From positions 1-8,591 of the forward strand of contig NZ_SNUY01000101.1 of assembly GCF_004376175.1 (NCBI RefSeq): a DNA stretch of 8,591 nucleotides, given 5' to 3'. The notes under the pieces are model-generated. The model was not told the DNA's origin, searched no databases, and was given only the letters and a program-made list of their open reading frames with translations. This DNA comes from Halalkalibacterium halodurans. GTDB lineage: Bacteria; Bacillota; Bacilli; Bacillales; Bacillaceae_D. Below, one piece after another: positions 7,692 to 8,591 of this stretch (position 1 is the stretch's first letter; each line of letters opens with the position of its first letter). A program made the position numbers and the translations under genes.

Positions 7692-7955
7692 TCAATAATG
7701 CGGTGTAAAGGCAGTAATAATCGCGCCCACCATAGCACCAGCCCCTGCAAGCGTAAGTAAAACATTGGCCACCACTCGTCCGCCTTTTATCCGGTAAACA
7801 AGGGCCCAAATCAAATAATAGAACACAAGGGCTCCTGCCCAGAACAATGCGGCTTGTATCGTGGCTTCCCGCGAATAACTATGTGTAGGCAACACGAAGG
7901 CCAACAGACTGAGGCCAAATAGGCCCACACCGATCCATGCCATAAGCTTTTGCAT
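7692..7955 (-). CDS. Small hypothetical membrane protein (~87 aa, about 3 TM helices)
   Basis: The track ORF starts at TTG 8003. ATG 7955 (MQKLMAWIGVG...) is preferred because GGGTGGA lies about 5 nt upstream. The protein is strongly hydrophobic. No family recognised. Confidence 0.6.
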   Translation of the reverse strand: MQKLMAWIGVGLFGLSLLAFVLPTHSYSREATIQAALFWAGALVFYYLIWALVYRIKGGRVVANVLLTLAGAGAMVGAIITAFTPHY

Positions 7956-7977
7956 TTTTTCCACCCGCTTTCCTGCT

Positions 7978-8046
7978 AAACATTCTCTTCTTAAGGGTAA
8001 CAAATTTTAAGGGATTTTAGTACCAGAACGTATAAAGAGAATGTTT
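7978..8046. repeat. 12-bp perfect inverted repeat AAACATTCTCTT / AAGAGAATGTTT separated by 45 nt, in the upstream region of the small membrane protein gene
   Basis: Arms at 7978-7989 and 8035-8046 are exact reverse complements. The bases flanking each arm do not pair. Confidence 0.5.
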
Positions 8047-8067
8047 CAGAAATAAATAAAGCAAATC

Positions 8068-8192
8068 GGTAGTGTCAAAACTTCTATGAAAACCTTATTT
8101 GGATCTAACACTACTACCATTTATTAGGTGGAAAGGCCGCGCTATCGCTCTTGACAAACACGCCAATGGTTTATTCAGAGGTCAATCAAGGG
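8068..8192. repeat. Right copy of the 125-bp perfect inverted repeat (IS-end-like module); outer terminus ...TCAAGGG at 8192
   Basis: Exact reverse complement of 1-125. Its outer ~60 bp (8133-8192) also forms an imperfect palindrome with 8224-8290. Confidence 0.9.
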
Positions 8193-8223
8193 CGAAGGGA
8201 ACAAAAGTAGGCATGCCAAATAA

Positions 8224-8290
8224 CCCTTGACTTTTTCCATTTTAAACCATTGGCAAGTTCGGTTTGTCAAGAGTTCGCTTCGCCGATAGC
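8224..8290. repeat. Diverged third copy of the repeat terminus; probable terminal inverted repeat region of the adjacent IS
   Basis: CCCTTGACTTTTTCCATTTTAAACCATTGGCAAGTTCGGTTTGTCAAGAGTTCGCTTCGCCGATAGC shares ordered identical blocks with bases 1-57: CCCTTGA, AAACCATTGGC, GTTTGTCAAGAG and CGATAGC. Similarity stops exactly at CCCTTG, and 8290 lies 26 nt from the transposase stop codon (8316-8318). Confidence 0.6.
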
Positions 8291-8315
8291 TGAATAGGGC
8301 TCAGCTAAACAAAAG

Positions 8316-8591
8316 TTAGGCTGACTGTTGTTGTTGAATCCAGTCTTGAGCTAATCCAATAAGGGCTGTCCATCTCGCTGGCATGGTTGGTAGCTTTTCT
8401 AATTCTGGAATTGTGACTGGCACTTTACCTTCAAGTGAAGAATGTGGGCGCAAGAAGTTAAAGTAAGCCACAAACAATGTCACAAAAGAAACAGATCCCT
8501 GTTCAGAACCAAAGCCGTGCGTCGAACGATAATTCCCTTTAAACGTGCGATTTAGTCGTTCAATGATTTGCTTGAGAGGTCGATACTCTCT
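8316..8591 (-). CDS. 3' end of a DDE (integrase-core/rve-type) transposase gene, truncated by the window edge
   Basis: Not in the supplied track. My own translation of the minus strand is open for 91 codons from the window edge to TAA at 8316-8318: REYRPLKQIIERLNRTFKGNYRSTHGFGSEQGSVSFVTLFVAYFNFLRPHSSLEGKVPVTIPELEKLPTMPARWTALIGLAQDWIQQQQSA. The IERxNRTxK ... YxNxxRPHxxLxGKxP pattern is the usual region after the catalytic Glu in rve-fold transposases. I cannot assign the IS family from this fragment. Confidence 0.75.
   Translation of the reverse strand, partial: REYRPLKQIIERLNRTFKGNYRSTHGFGSEQGSVSFVTLFVAYFNFLRPHSSLEGKVPVTIPELEKLPTMPARWTALIGLAQDWIQQQQSA

Larger units (their letters stand above)
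8224..8591 (-). mobile_element. Partial insertion sequence: one terminal region plus the transposase 3' end, continuing beyond the window
   Basis: Transposase C-terminus at 8316-8591, then 92 nt (8224-8315) of non-coding tail that includes the inferred CCCTTGA terminus at 8224. The boundary at 8224 is inferred. The IS could instead extend inward to 8068. Confidence 0.5.

Noticed and set aside
1-8591. Scan for CRISPR arrays, tRNA/rRNA genes, riboswitch-like leaders and defence or toxin-antitoxin gene pairs
   Set aside because: I found no regularly spaced direct repeats and no cloverleaf-compatible segments. No long structured leaders are present, since the intergenic regions are short and explained by promoters and terminators. 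No gene has defence-type motifs.

Overview
Firmicutes (Bacillaceae-like) chromosomal window. Most of it is recognisable housekeeping or catabolic DNA, all on the minus strand: uracil-DNA glycosylase (ung) and a complete mannitol PTS operon in the order mtlA-mtlR-mtlF-mtlD. These are followed by three small accessory genes: a 151-aa membrane protein, a 214-aa pentapeptide-repeat (Qnr/MfpA-like) protein on the plus strand, and an ~87-aa membrane protein. I see no CRISPR array, tRNA/rRNA gene, toxin-antitoxin pair or defence-type gene set, and I do not claim a novel multi-gene system. The unusual signal is structural. Bases 1-125 and 8068-8192 are a perfect 125/125 inverted repeat bracketing the whole gene block. 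The outer ~60 bp of that repeat has a third, diverged copy at 8224-8290. That copy lies just downstream of the 3' end of a DDE/rve-type transposase gene (8316-8591, minus strand). The gene runs off the window edge and is missing from the supplied ORF track. The ung-mtl-pentapeptide block is therefore bounded by IS-derived ends. It could be a composite transposon, a mobile-insertion-cassette-like unit, or an IS-mediated invertible segment. An assembly artefact at a contig end must be excluded first.
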